Source: Bdellovibrionales bacterium (GTDB lineage Bacteria > Bdellovibrionota > UBA1018 > CAIMNF01). From it: a DNA stretch of 64,000 bases. The stretch is from positions 1,010 to 65,009 of the forward strand of contig CANBTI010000007.1 of NCBI GenBank assembly GCA_947372355.1, in the 5' to 3' direction. The translations under genes were made by a program, and so were the position numbers. The notes beneath the pieces were generated by a model that was not told the DNA's origin, did no database searches, and saw nothing but the letters and a program-made list of their open reading frames with translations. The stretch's first letter is position 1; the number at the start of each line of letters is the position of its first letter. Below are positions 38,552-48,312 of this stretch, piece by piece.

Positions 38552-39009
38552 ATAGAATTAGCCTTTTTTGAACGTTTTTTTATAAAAAAATCTTTTAAAA
38601 CTTGTGAACAGGTTTCTTCGGGCTCGTAAATCACTTCAAAGCGATGATTTAGTTTATCATCCGAATGCAAATGATAACCTAAACATATTGCCCCACCCTT
38701 TTCGTCTTTTGCACCGTAAATTACTTTTCGAATTCTGGCCTGTTGGCAAGCACTCAAACACATTGGGCAAGGCTCTAGTGTAACATACAAATCACAATCG
38801 ATTAATCGCCATGTCCCCAATACTTTTGAAGCATTTTCAATTGCACTCATCTCGGCATGTCCTAATGGATTTTGATTTTTTTCCCGAGTGTTTCGACCAC
38901 TCGCAATCACCACACCATTATGCACAATCACGGCACCTACCGGTACTTCATCATTCAATGCCGCTTCATGAGCAAGCTTAAGCGCTTCAGATAGAAACTT
39001 TTTTTGCAT
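38548..39009 (-). CDS. tadA: tRNA adenosine(34) deaminase
   Basis: DEVPVGAVIV, HAEM, WRL, VTLEPCPMC, LNHR. Confidence 0.92.
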   Translation of the reverse strand: MQKKFLSEALKLAHEAALNDEVPVGAVIVHNGVVIASGRNTREKNQNPLGHAEMSAIENASKVLGTWRLIDCDLYVTLEPCPMCLSACQQARIRKVIYGAKDEKGGAICLGYHLHSDDKLNHRFEVIYEPEETCSQVLKDFFIKKRSKKANSI

Positions 39010-39823
39010 TCGATGGATCCTTTTGCTTCAAAAGCCTACGCACAATCACTCTTAACACTTTTTTCTTTTTCCTATCAATAGTACCAAACTTAATCCCAAT
39101 CCCCTTGGGATGAGTAACGGTACTTTTTGCATTCCAAACCACAATGCCAGGAATATCTATTTTTTGGCTAACATCTTCAAAATTTAAAGTTACTTTTTCA
39201 AACGGATGATAATCGTGATGTGTTTTAACAAAACATCCTTTTCGACTCATGTCTAGAACACGTCCTTCGGTACGGCCTTCCGAACCACTTAAGTGATTGA
39301 GCGTGACTTTCAAATGTGGCATTCCTGCAATTCCACTTTCCCACCATCTAATTTTAGGGAATAAAAATGGAACACGAAGTTCATTTGATATTGATGCAAT
39401 TACATAACACTGAACTAAAACCGTAAAAGCAAAGGCCCAAACTTTAAATTCTGAGTTGCTGTGTTGAACCAAATTCAATGCATCTAAGTATACAGTAAAA
39501 AACTGCGCGATTAGTAGAGTGTACCAAGACCACTTTTTTAAATTTTTTAATCCAACACCTGTGATGATCCAAAAAAAAGAAGCCAAATAAAACAACGGGG
39601 AAAGAACGTTTGAAATAATTCCTTTTGAATCCAAATCAAAAATGAGCGTAGCAAACACCAGATAGGTAACCGGGAATGGAACCATAAAAAAAGTAAGAAA
39701 AGTCGTATAACGGGAACAGCGAAGTTCTTGATTCATGGACACTTTTCTATTTTCTTCCATATCGCTCAGACTTACGAGTGTACTTTTTTTGACGTAATTA
39801 ATTCTCCCAACTTGCTTGACCAC
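38987..39823 (-). CDS. Membrane protein with C-terminal PilZ-type domain
   Basis: Four TM helices, then LDMSRKGCFV, GIVVW, GIGIKF. True start uncertain. Confidence 0.75.
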   Translation of the reverse strand: MVKQVGRINYVKKSTLVSLSDMEENRKVSMNQELRCSRYTTFLTFFMVPFPVTYLVFATLIFDLDSKGIISNVLSPLFYLASFFWIITGVGLKNLKKWSWYTLLIAQFFTVYLDALNLVQHSNSEFKVWAFAFTVLVQCYVIASISNELRVPFLFPKIRWWESGIAGMPHLKVTLNHLSGSEGRTEGRVLDMSRKGCFVKTHHDYHPFEKVTLNFEDVSQKIDIPGIVVWNAKSTVTHPKGIGIKFGTIDRKKKKVLRVIVRRLLKQKDPSNAKKVSI

Positions 39824-39841
39824 ACCCGTCTAACATAGGAT

Positions 39842-40498
39842 TTGAGTGTGTATTGGATATTTTTCATCATTTCTACAACTGCATTTTCAGCTCCTACGGC
39901 AAAGAACCTGGAGCAAAATACCTATGAGGCCGTTACGGGCGAAAGTTCAGATGAGGATAAATCTTTTTGGGATACATTTTACAAACAAAAAGATGATGCT
40001 TTTGGAAAAGATGCTGTTGGATTTCTAAAAGAAAACATTGCCAAAATTCCTAAAGGGAAAGCTTTTGTGCCAGCTATGGGCGAAGGACGAAACGCCATCT
40101 TTCTCGCTAAGCACGGGTTTGAGGTTACTGGTAATGATATTTCCGAAATTGCCGTTGATAAAGCGATGGTGATTGCTAAAAAGCACAATGTAAATATTAA
40201 ATCTGCGGTTGTTGATTTAAAACAATTTAAGTTTGTTGAAAATCAATTTGATTTAGTTTTCATATCTTTGTATTACGAAAAATCTTTAATTCCTGGTTTT
40301 AAAAAAACCGTTAAAAAGGGTGGATACATCATGTTTTATGAAGAAATCTATGATGGTGATCCAAAGAAAGCACCCGATCTATTTTGGGTTAAGCACAAAG
40401 AAATGAATGAAATTTTAAAAGACTTTAAAGTGATCACGATTAAAGAATTTAACGATCATGGAAAAAAAGTGGTCGGAGCACTTGCCCAAAAAATATAA
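39842..40498 (+). CDS. Class I SAM-dependent methyltransferase (TehB-like) with apparent signal peptide
   Basis: GKAFVPAMGEGRNAIFLAKHGFEVTGND, FDLV, LKKGG-like VKKGG; N-terminus MSVYWIFFIISTTAFSA. Confidence 0.8.
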   Translation: MSVYWIFFIISTTAFSAPTAKNLEQNTYEAVTGESSDEDKSFWDTFYKQKDDAFGKDAVGFLKENIAKIPKGKAFVPAMGEGRNAIFLAKHGFEVTGNDISEIAVDKAMVIAKKHNVNIKSAVVDLKQFKFVENQFDLVFISLYYEKSLIPGFKKTVKKGGYIMFYEEIYDGDPKKAPDLFWVKHKEMNEILKDFKVITIKEFNDHGKKVVGALAQKI

Positions 40499-41397
40499 TG
40501 CAAAATAATAACGAAAATTTAATCAAGGGTGTCGTCACAGAAGTTTTTCCAAATCAATGTAGCGTGATCCTAGATAGTGATCCTAGTAAAAAACTTCTCT
40601 GCAGTTACCGTAGATCCCAATTCCTAAATAAAAAAACCGAATGGCGCGAAAGATCGCCCGTTGCCCCTGGTGATTATGTTGAAATTAAGGTTTTAGGCTC
40701 TAAGGATGGAGTTGTTGAAGGATTAATTCCAAGACGAAACCAAGTTCAGAGAAAAGCCCCCGGAAGAGAAGGAAAAGTACTTCATACGATTGCGGCCAAT
40801 ATCGATCAAGTGGTCATCGTATCCGCTTTTTTGGATCCACCTTTTTCGCCTGGTTTAATTGATCGCTTCCTCATTGCCACTCAACAGGAAAAAATAGTTC
40901 CTTTAATTGTGATCAATAAAATGGATTTAGCTGCTGGAGTTCCTGAATTTGATCGAACACCATGGAAACTTTACACTGATATGGGTTATCAATGCTTTCC
41001 GGTTTCGGCACATGATCCAGAATCATTACAAATTTTAAAGGATAAGGTAAAAGGGAAAACTTCAGTTTTTTGTGGTCATTCTGGTGTAGGTAAAACCTCA
41101 TTGCTTCATGAAATTTTTGGTGAAAAAATTGGGAAGATTGGAAGTGTAAACTCTGTAACGGGTAAAGGAAAACACACCACTACCTGTTCCATCCTTTTGC
41201 AGCCAGAAATTGGAACGCGTTTTATTGATACACCGGGAATTAAAGAGTTTGGTTTATTCAACATTAAACCCAATGAATTACTCGAACATTTTCCTGAATT
41301 ATATGAGTTAGATCAAAAACGGGAGAAGTATGATCACCTCTCCCGCTATCAAAGTTATTTGAGAATTAAACAAGGTCTCGAAGAAGAGAACCGCTAA
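40498..41397 (+). CDS. rsgA: Ribosome small subunit-dependent GTPase A
   Basis: IAANIDQV, DRFL, NKMDL, GHSGVGKTSL, GKGKHTTT, DTPGIKEF; the C-terminal Zn-finger region looks reduced. Confidence 0.9.
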   Translation: MQNNNENLIKGVVTEVFPNQCSVILDSDPSKKLLCSYRRSQFLNKKTEWRERSPVAPGDYVEIKVLGSKDGVVEGLIPRRNQVQRKAPGREGKVLHTIAANIDQVVIVSAFLDPPFSPGLIDRFLIATQQEKIVPLIVINKMDLAAGVPEFDRTPWKLYTDMGYQCFPVSAHDPESLQILKDKVKGKTSVFCGHSGVGKTSLLHEIFGEKIGKIGSVNSVTGKGKHTTTCSILLQPEIGTRFIDTPGIKEFGLFNIKPNELLEHFPELYELDQKREKYDHLSRYQSYLRIKQGLEEENR

Positions 41398-42549
41398 TTA
41401 GCCTTTCATTGCATCAATGACATCTTTTGCAATGATCATGCGTTGAATCTGAGAAGTTCCTTCATAGATTTGGTAGATCTTTGCATCCCGCATGAGTTTT
41501 TCAACTGGGTATTCTTTTGAATAACCGTAGCCACCAAACACCTGAACAGCATTAGTAGTTACTTGCATCGCCATATCAGCAGCAAATGCTTTTGCCATCG
41601 CTGCGAATTTTGTATTTCTACGTCCTTGATCAATTTCCCAACCCGCGCGCCAAACAAGATATCTTGCTGCTTCAATATCCTTTGCCATATCAGCAATCAT
41701 AAAACTTACCGCTTGATAACTTGCAATGGGCTGGCCAAATGTTTTACGTGTGAGTGAGTACTTGATTGCCTCATCCATCGCACGGCGAGCCAAGCCCACC
41801 GCACCGGCAGCAACCACTGGGCGCGTGTGATCAAATGCACCCATGGCGATTTTAAATCCTTCACCCTCATTCCCTAAACGATATTTCGAAGGAACTTTTA
41901 CATCTTCAAAAGTAATTCCACGAGTATCAGAGGCACGTTGTCCGAGGTTATCTTCTTTTTTACCAACGGTGATACCCGGAGTTTCGCGTGGCACTAAAAA
42001 GCCACTCATACCTTTGTGTTTTAATGATTGGTCAGTGTAAGCAAGAACAAAATACCAATTAGCTACACTTGCATTGGTGATCCACATTTTTGAACCATTG
42101 ATCACGTAATCATCGCCCACTTTTTTAGCTGTGGTTGCAATGCCCGCAACATCGGAACCTGCACCCGGCTCGGTTACACAATAAGCTGCATATTTAGGCT
42201 CTGCAGTGAGCATTCCTAAAAATTGTTTTTTCTGAGCATCGTTACCTGCAACCATCAGTGGAGCTGAGGCAAGTGCATTTGCTTCCATTGCAGTAGCCAT
42301 ACCAGTACAACCGTAAGCCATTTCTTCCGTAACGATACAACCATCAAGAACACTTAATCCCAATCCGCCGTACTCAGCGGGAACGTGAGTGTTCATCAAT
42401 CCTAATTCCCAAGCTTTTTTAACCACTTCATGGGGGAACTCTCCCGTGCGATCATGGTGTTCTGCTCTTGGAATCATTTCTTCTTTTGCAAATTTGCGAG
42501 CGATGTCTTGAAGTTGTTTTTGATCTTCTGATAATTCGAAACTAATCAT
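41398..42549 (-). CDS. Acyl-CoA dehydrogenase, MCAD-like
   Basis: [61 protein letters not shown]. Confidence 0.95.
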   Translation of the reverse strand: MISFELSEDQKQLQDIARKFAKEEMIPRAEHHDRTGEFPHEVVKKAWELGLMNTHVPAEYGGLGLSVLDGCIVTEEMAYGCTGMATAMEANALASAPLMVAGNDAQKKQFLGMLTAEPKYAAYCVTEPGAGSDVAGIATTAKKVGDDYVINGSKMWITNASVANWYFVLAYTDQSLKHKGMSGFLVPRETPGITVGKKEDNLGQRASDTRGITFEDVKVPSKYRLGNEGEGFKIAMGAFDHTRPVVAAGAVGLARRAMDEAIKYSLTRKTFGQPIASYQAVSFMIADMAKDIEAARYLVWRAGWEIDQGRRNTKFAAMAKAFAADMAMQVTTNAVQVFGGYGYSKEYPVEKLMRDAKIYQIYEGTSQIQRMIIAKDVIDAMKG

Positions 42550-42604
42550 TGGTGAATCCTTCCACTTTTGTTCTTAACTATTCTGATACAAAGATTATAC
42601 CACC

Positions 42605-43612
42605 TTAAAATTTACGGTAATAGTGACAAGTATATCCATTGGGGTGTTTTTTTAAGTAATCTTGATGTTCTTCTTCCGCCAAATAAAAGTCGCCCGCCTT
42701 TTTTACTTCTGTAACTATTGGATTGGGCCATTTTTTAGACTCATTCCATTTTTTGATCGTTTTTTCGGCAACTTCTTTTTGATGATCGGTCGTATAAAAA
42801 ATTGCGGAACGATAAGGGTGGCCTATATCATTTCCCTGACGATTTAATGTGGTAGGGTCATGCATAGTAAAAAACTGATCCAATAAGGCCTCAAAGGATA
42901 GCTTCTTCGGATCAAATACAATTTTTACTGATTCCGCATGACCAGTATTTCCCTTTTTCACATCATGATAGGTCGCATTTTTGAATGTTCCGCCCGAGTA
43001 ACCAACCTTAGTATCAATCACTCCAGGAATTTTTCTCACTAAATCCTGAACACCCCAAAAACAACCTCCGGCCAAAATCACTTCTTCATTTTTTACCGCG
43101 GATGCTTTTTTTTGAAATGCTGGAAAAAGCTTTAAATATTGACCATAACCTTCGGATTCTAAATCTTTCGCATGAATGAATTTCATCGATGCTGAATTAA
43201 TGCAGTAACGTTTATGATCTGCACCTGGTCCATCATCAAATACATGTCCCAAATGAGATTGTGCATTTTTAGATTTTACCTCTGTGCGAACCATTCCAGC
43301 TGTTTTGTCTTCTTTAAAATCCACAACAGTTGAATCAATTGGCTTTGTGAAACTTGGCCAACCAGATCCTGAATCAAACTTATCGGTTGAAGAAAACAAT
43401 GCTTTTCCATCTACCACATCTACATAGATTCCTGGTTCATGGTTATCCCAATACGCATTTTTAAAAGGGGGCTCTGTTGAACATTGCTGAGTGACCGCGA
43501 ACTGTTCCTTTGAAAGTTTTTTAATGAGATCTTCTTTTTTAGACGAATTGTTATCATTTGCCATAGATGCAATTGAACCCAATAGAAACACGATAGTGAT
43601 GATCGATTTCAT
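42605..43612 (-). CDS. msrAB: Exported bifunctional methionine sulfoxide reductase, MsrB-MsrA order
   Basis: AAGGAGA Shine-Dalgarno before ATG 43612; signal peptide. MsrB: [24 protein letters not shown]. MsrA: [25 protein letters not shown]. Confidence 0.93.
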   Translation of the reverse strand: MKSIITIVFLLGSIASMANDNNSSKKEDLIKKLSKEQFAVTQQCSTEPPFKNAYWDNHEPGIYVDVVDGKALFSSTDKFDSGSGWPSFTKPIDSTVVDFKEDKTAGMVRTEVKSKNAQSHLGHVFDDGPGADHKRYCINSASMKFIHAKDLESEGYGQYLKLFPAFQKKASAVKNEEVILAGGCFWGVQDLVRKIPGVIDTKVGYSGGTFKNATYHDVKKGNTGHAESVKIVFDPKKLSFEALLDQFFTMHDPTTLNRQGNDIGHPYRSAIFYTTDHQKEVAEKTIKKWNESKKWPNPIVTEVKKAGDFYLAEEEHQDYLKKHPNGYTCHYYRKF

Positions 43613-43742
43613 GGTTTCTCCTTTATATTTATTCACCATACCTGAAACCCCCAAATGACAGGATATGCTATTTTTTCTAATGGTTTCAGTAGTTTAAATA
43701 TGTTTGCAATTATACGATTCTTCGGTTATTGTGCACCGCATT

Positions 43743-44516
43743 ATGATTAAACCAATTTCATTGAGTCTTACCATCTTCTGCCTCCAAACCGCACTTGCCC
43801 AAGCACAAGTTGCCACACCCACCAACGTGAAGGATTTAGTGACCCTTCGAAGTTGCGCTCAAGCGGTGTCAAAATCGATTGAAGGAAGTCACATCCGAGC
43901 TGACTGGGGGAGTGATGACCAAGATAGTATTTATTATCTGAATTGTAATGACGATGTTAGCAGAGCCACGGGTGAGGACTATTACATTATCACCCCAAGT
44001 GGCGTTTACTACTATTTCATCAAGCCCCATAAAGATTATAAAGGTGGCGCTTATGGTGCCCTTTATCGAGTTAAAATTGAAAATAGAAATTATTACTTTA
44101 GTGCTGATATCACCAATAGTCTTGGCGGTTTGTACGATGAATCCGGAAATAACTTATCTTGCTCAGTTACTGATCCGGATTATTCAAATATTGATCCAAG
44201 TTCAAAAAACCCCGTACTCGCCTTTTACATGAAGGTAATCACCGGTAGCAGCGACCCAAAATCTGCAGTACTTGCTGAACCCGCAACTGGTGATCGCTTA
44301 GAAAAAGCAGCTGCTTGTATGGAAAGTAAAATTAATAAATTAGCCGAATCCTTAGCGGTGACTTACGAATACAGAGTGAAGTACAAACAAGTACCACCCG
44401 AAACTTTAGTTATTTACAAAGCAACCCTTGAAAACGCGCTTAAAACACCTGAATGTAGCGTGAATAAAAATGTTGCAGATAACTTCCTAAAGCTTCTTGC
44501 CAATATGCCTCAATGA
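43743..44516 (+). CDS. Secreted hypothetical protein
   Basis: Signal peptide (…ALAQA) from ATG 43743; Tyr-rich beta region followed by helices; no family recognised. Confidence 0.65.
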   Translation: MIKPISLSLTIFCLQTALAQAQVATPTNVKDLVTLRSCAQAVSKSIEGSHIRADWGSDDQDSIYYLNCNDDVSRATGEDYYIITPSGVYYYFIKPHKDYKGGAYGALYRVKIENRNYYFSADITNSLGGLYDESGNNLSCSVTDPDYSNIDPSSKNPVLAFYMKVITGSSDPKSAVLAEPATGDRLEKAAACMESKINKLAESLAVTYEYRVKYKQVPPETLVIYKATLENALKTPECSVNKNVADNFLKLLANMPQ

Positions 44517-45313
44517 AAAAAGAGATTTCTAAATTCAAAATTTACGAAGAATCAGTTCAGAGCCCTCGCTGGCAAGTTGAATATCTTCCGCAGTTTCATA
44601 CATGGCTTGTGGGAACAAAACCCACAGCCATGCGCGAAGATTTTTCAGGTACAGGATTAATTTCTTGTGAATGGGTAAAGCTTTCAAAAAAAAATCGCGC
44701 AGTAGGACTAGACCTTGATCTCGAAACCTTAAAATACGCCAACGAAGTGAATCGTGCTGCACTAAACTCTTCAGAGCAAAAAAGGGTTACTTTTTTAAAA
44801 CAAGATGTCATGAAACCAACCAAAGAAAAATTTGATTGGATTGGTGCATACAACTTTTCTTTTTACACCTTTCACGAGCGTAAGCAGCTTCTGAAATACT
44901 TTAAAGCAGTCCATAAATCACTTAAATCAAAGGGTACATTTTTTCTTGAACTCAGTGGTGGAGAAGGCTTTAAAGAAACCACCCAAGAGATGAAAAGATT
45001 CACCATTCCTGGTTTAGGTAAATTTCAAAGCATCTGGCAACAACATCAGTACGATCCGATCTCTAGTCTCAACCACTATTCCATTCATTTTAAATTACCC
45101 AATGGCAAATGGATCAACGACGCCTTCACTTATCATTGGCGCATTTGGGAAATTCGCGAAGTGAGAGAAATTTTAGAAGAGGCTGGCTTTAAAAAAACGG
45201 TCGTACTTTGGGAAAATGCGGATGAAGATGCAGATGAATATCTTCCGCAAGAACAAGGCGACTATCGTAGAGATTGGTTAGCTTATGTGGTCGGTGTCAA
45301 AAGCGGAAGCTGA
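44513..45313 (+). CDS. Class I SAM-dependent methyltransferase
   Basis: YEESVQSP, MREDFSGTG, VGLDLD, AYNFS, DAFTYHWRIW. Confidence 0.85.
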   Translation: MKKEISKFKIYEESVQSPRWQVEYLPQFHTWLVGTKPTAMREDFSGTGLISCEWVKLSKKNRAVGLDLDLETLKYANEVNRAALNSSEQKRVTFLKQDVMKPTKEKFDWIGAYNFSFYTFHERKQLLKYFKAVHKSLKSKGTFFLELSGGEGFKETTQEMKRFTIPGLGKFQSIWQQHQYDPISSLNHYSIHFKLPNGKWINDAFTYHWRIWEIREVREILEEAGFKKTVVLWENADEDADEYLPQEQGDYRRDWLAYVVGVKSGS

Positions 45314-46962
45314 ATCACGAAACGAGTATTGGCAGAATTTGAATCATAATAAAACTCCCCACCATGGGATTTAATGATCCCATGAGAAATGCTCAAACCC
45401 AAGCCAGTACCTTTTCCAATTTCTTTTGTCGTATAAAATGGCTGCATAATTTTTTGAAGTATATTTTCAGCTATCCCTTTTCCAGAGTCAGTGACTGATA
45501 ATTCAATGTGATCTTTAGTCAACTGACTTTCAATCAAAACCCAAGGATTATCAGTTCCCACGATTGCATCAAAAGAATTACTCAGTAGATTTAGAAGAAC
45601 TTGCTGAATTTGAATGGATCTGCAATTTACAGATAAACTTGAATCCATCTTAAGTTTTATTTCAACTCCATGACTCTTAAACCTTTCTTTTGAGAAATCT
45701 AAAACATCCTGAACCATTGATTCTACTGTAGTGATTTGAAACGCATCTTCATCTCCGTTTCTAGAAAATGATTTTAGTCCCTTAATGATCTTTGCAATTC
45801 TTTCACTTGCCGAAATGATTTTTTGTAAATTGATAATAATTTTTTCTTTTGGAACTTCATTGTTTTTCAGTTCTTCTATCATTACGCCCGCACGTCCAGT
45901 CATTACGGCAAGCGGGTTATTTATTTCGTGTGCAATACCAGCCGACATCTCTCCCAAAGTTGCAAGTTTTGCACTCTCTGTGGCTCTGGATCGCTGATGA
46001 TCAAGTTCCATTTCAGCTTCGACTGCCGACTGAATATCGTAGGCAACAATTAACACTCGCCCCTCTTCAAACTCTTGATAACTACTTAAATAAACCATCA
46101 TCCAACAAGAACCATCAGGAAAGATCATTTGGTGCCTAAACTGATCAACTTCTTTTCCACTAGAAATGAAGTTCTTCACTAGAGTTGGAAATTCATCATT
46201 GGGTAAAAATGAGCCCAAAACCCTCACTATATTCATTACATCAAATCCAAATTTTTCATTGAGTGCAGAATTTACCCAAATGTATTTTAAATGATGATCA
46301 ACACAACTCACCATTCCTGGTACAGAGTGAAGAACACCCTCCATGATTTGTTTGTTTTGAATTGCTAGCTCACGATTAATGACCGAATCGTCATAGTGAA
46401 GACTATTTTGTTTTGATAAATTTATTAAATACAAAACACTCATGCCAAATACGATCGCAATAATATTTGCTTCTTTATTTCCAAGAAGTAACATTACAAA
46501 ACTTGGAAACACGGTGATGATCACAACTGAATACATTAACTTTTTACTGGGCGCAAAACCCATTAAAGCACTCACGGTAATTGAAATAATTAAAAAAGCA
46601 TTAAAATACGATGAGTCACCCATGCCCAAAAAGTAGATGTGTGTACATAACCATGTAGACCAAATAGCAAAAAATAAAACCGTTAAAACATAAAATGCTG
46701 AATTCCAATGATTGGATTTTATTTTTTTTTGTACTTTAGGGATACAAATAACGGACCTAACCAAAACCCCAAAAAACATCATTAAAAATAAAGTGATGCA
46801 GAATACTGGATAAGAATTTCGAAAAGGACTCAAATAAATTGCGACCGCTAGTCCAAATGGATGAGCAAATCCAGTCTTGGCATTTCTTTTGGCTAAATCT
46901 ACTAATCTAGATTTTTTAAGGTTTAATTGAATAACAGGATGTAGCGATTGGGTTGAATCCAT
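45283..46962 (-). CDS. Membrane sensor histidine kinase (TM - PAS-like - HisKA - HATPase)
   Basis: LGEMSAGIAHEINNPL, QVLLNLLSNS, DSGKGI, FYTTKEIGKGTGLGLSIS. Confidence 0.93.
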   Translation of the reverse strand: MDSTQSLHPVIQLNLKKSRLVDLAKRNAKTGFAHPFGLAVAIYLSPFRNSYPVFCITLFLMMFFGVLVRSVICIPKVQKKIKSNHWNSAFYVLTVLFFAIWSTWLCTHIYFLGMGDSSYFNAFLIISITVSALMGFAPSKKLMYSVVIITVFPSFVMLLLGNKEANIIAIVFGMSVLYLINLSKQNSLHYDDSVINRELAIQNKQIMEGVLHSVPGMVSCVDHHLKYIWVNSALNEKFGFDVMNIVRVLGSFLPNDEFPTLVKNFISSGKEVDQFRHQMIFPDGSCWMMVYLSSYQEFEEGRVLIVAYDIQSAVEAEMELDHQRSRATESAKLATLGEMSAGIAHEINNPLAVMTGRAGVMIEELKNNEVPKEKIIINLQKIISASERIAKIIKGLKSFSRNGDEDAFQITTVESMVQDVLDFSKERFKSHGVEIKLKMDSSLSVNCRSIQIQQVLLNLLSNSFDAIVGTDNPWVLIESQLTKDHIELSVTDSGKGIAENILQKIMQPFYTTKEIGKGTGLGLSISHGIIKSHGGEFYYDSNSANTRFVIQLPLLTPTT

Positions 46963-46988
46963 TTTATTTAATTTTAAATCAGGAATAT

Positions 46989-47029
46989 AAAAAAAGCCCC
47001 AGTTACTTAATTGTAATCGGGGCTTTTTT
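46989..47029. terminator. Intrinsic terminator downstream of tRNA-Ser
   Basis: AAAAAAGCCCC…GGGGCTTTTTT inverted repeat with A and T tails; lies directly 3' of the tRNA CCA on the minus strand. Confidence 0.85.
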
Positions 47030-47038
47030 AAATATTAA

Positions 47039-47128
47039 TGGCGGGGAGAGAGGGATTTGAACCCCCGAACAGATTGCTCCGTTGCCGGTTTTCAAAACCG
47101 GTGCATTCAACCGCTCTGCCATCTCCCC
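47039..47128 (-). tRNA. tRNA-Ser(UGA)
   Basis: Acceptor stem GGGGAGA/TCTCCCC, discriminator G, encoded CCA; anticodon arm CCGGT-TTTGAAA-ACCGG; long variable arm; GTTCAAATC T-loop; 90 nt. Confidence 0.96.
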
Positions 47129-47308
47129 GCGGTCTCTTCACGCTTTTTACCTCCTAAACAGTAGGTAAATTACGCAAGCTGATTACGCTTATTGAAAACG
47201 GCACTGTCTATTTGTTAGCAGAGCGATTCAGATACTTTTCAATAAAAGTGAGAAGTTGTCAATTCACATTCATTACGCTTCAAGCACCAAAAATGCGCCT
47301 GATACTTT

Positions 47309-48112
47309 TTATTGGCTCGCGTGGCTCTCGCCTGGTTTGGGTTTGAAATAGATCTCTTGATGGATACTGGTCTTTTCAACCTCATGTGCAGTCAAAATAG
47401 ACTTCACTTCATCAATCATGGCGCCATTTCCACAAAGGTAAAACTCCGTATTTTTCCAATCTAAGGTTCCTGCATTTTCACGCAACCAATCTGTAACGCG
47501 CCCCTTAAAACCTGGCCAACCCACCGTTGGACGAGAGAGCGTTTGAACGAAGTCTGTACTCAAAACCGGCGTTAGCTCTTCGGTATAAAGCAAATCATTG
47601 GTATCGCGCGCGCCGAAAAGCAACGTAGTCGTGATTGGCTTATTTTGCTGATAAACCTCGGATAAAAGCATAGAGCGGAAAGGCGCTATGCCCGTTCCTG
47701 TTGCAATCATGACTGCATGTTTATCGCTTTTGGTTTTGTAAACAAAATCACCGAAAGGAACTTGTCCCTTGATCGTTTCGCCCATTTTAATGTTATTTAG
47801 GTAATTCGTTCCGGGTCCACCCTCAACGAGTTTTACACAAAGTTCAAAAATATTTTTGCTTGGCATCAACTCGGGTGAAGACGAAATGGAATAAGCCCGA
47901 CGCAAATCACGTCCGCCCGGACCCGCTCCCGGTATCAAGACACTGATAAATTGACCCGGCGCAAACAAAAAGGGCGCGGAGGACTCTAAATGCATCTCAA
48001 AAACGTCTGCGGTGAGTTGCTTTTTACCTACTAATTTTGCGTCTACGGTGATCGGTTTTACTTTTTCTTTTGGAGATTCCATCCCAACACTTCTAGCTAA
48101 ATTTTCCTGCAT
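47309..48112 (-). CDS. FAD/NAD(P)-binding oxidoreductase (ferredoxin-NADP reductase family)
   Basis: PGQF, RRAYSISS, GPGTNYL, ATGTGIAPF, LLFGAR, YLCGNGAMI. Confidence 0.9.
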   Translation of the reverse strand: MQENLARSVGMESPKEKVKPITVDAKLVGKKQLTADVFEMHLESSAPFLFAPGQFISVLIPGAGPGGRDLRRAYSISSSPELMPSKNIFELCVKLVEGGPGTNYLNNIKMGETIKGQVPFGDFVYKTKSDKHAVMIATGTGIAPFRSMLLSEVYQQNKPITTTLLFGARDTNDLLYTEELTPVLSTDFVQTLSRPTVGWPGFKGRVTDWLRENAGTLDWKNTEFYLCGNGAMIDEVKSILTAHEVEKTSIHQEIYFKPKPGESHASQ

Positions 48113-48144
48113 AATCCAGCCTTTTGTGTGGTAGCTTTCTAAGT

Positions 48145-48312
48145 ATGTTTGGATTAAGCGGTGGACATTTACTTATATTAGCTGTGGTTGTTTTACTTTT
48201 TGGTAGTCGCCGATTACCGGATCTTGGCTCTGCCTTAGGAAAGGGCGTTCACGCCTTCAAAAAAGGCCTCGAAGGCAAGAATAGCGATGACGACCAAAAC
48301 AAACTTTCCTAG
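48145..48312 (+). CDS. tatA: Twin-arginine translocase TatA/E subunit
   Basis: MFGLSGGHLLILAVVVLLFGSRRLPDLGSALGKGVHAFKKG. Confidence 0.92.
   Translation: MFGLSGGHLLILAVVVLLFGSRRLPDLGSALGKGVHAFKKGLEGKNSDDDQNKLS

Noticed and set aside
39759-39787. sigma28-like site before the PilZ gene
   Set aside because: Poor -35 box and uncertain start codon.
47039-47128. tRNA-Ser as an active integration site
   Set aside because: No second copy of the tRNA 3' end and no integrase seen in the window.
47257-47262. Perfect TTGACA on the minus strand as the tRNA promoter
   Set aside because: No acceptable -10 box at 16-18 nt spacing.
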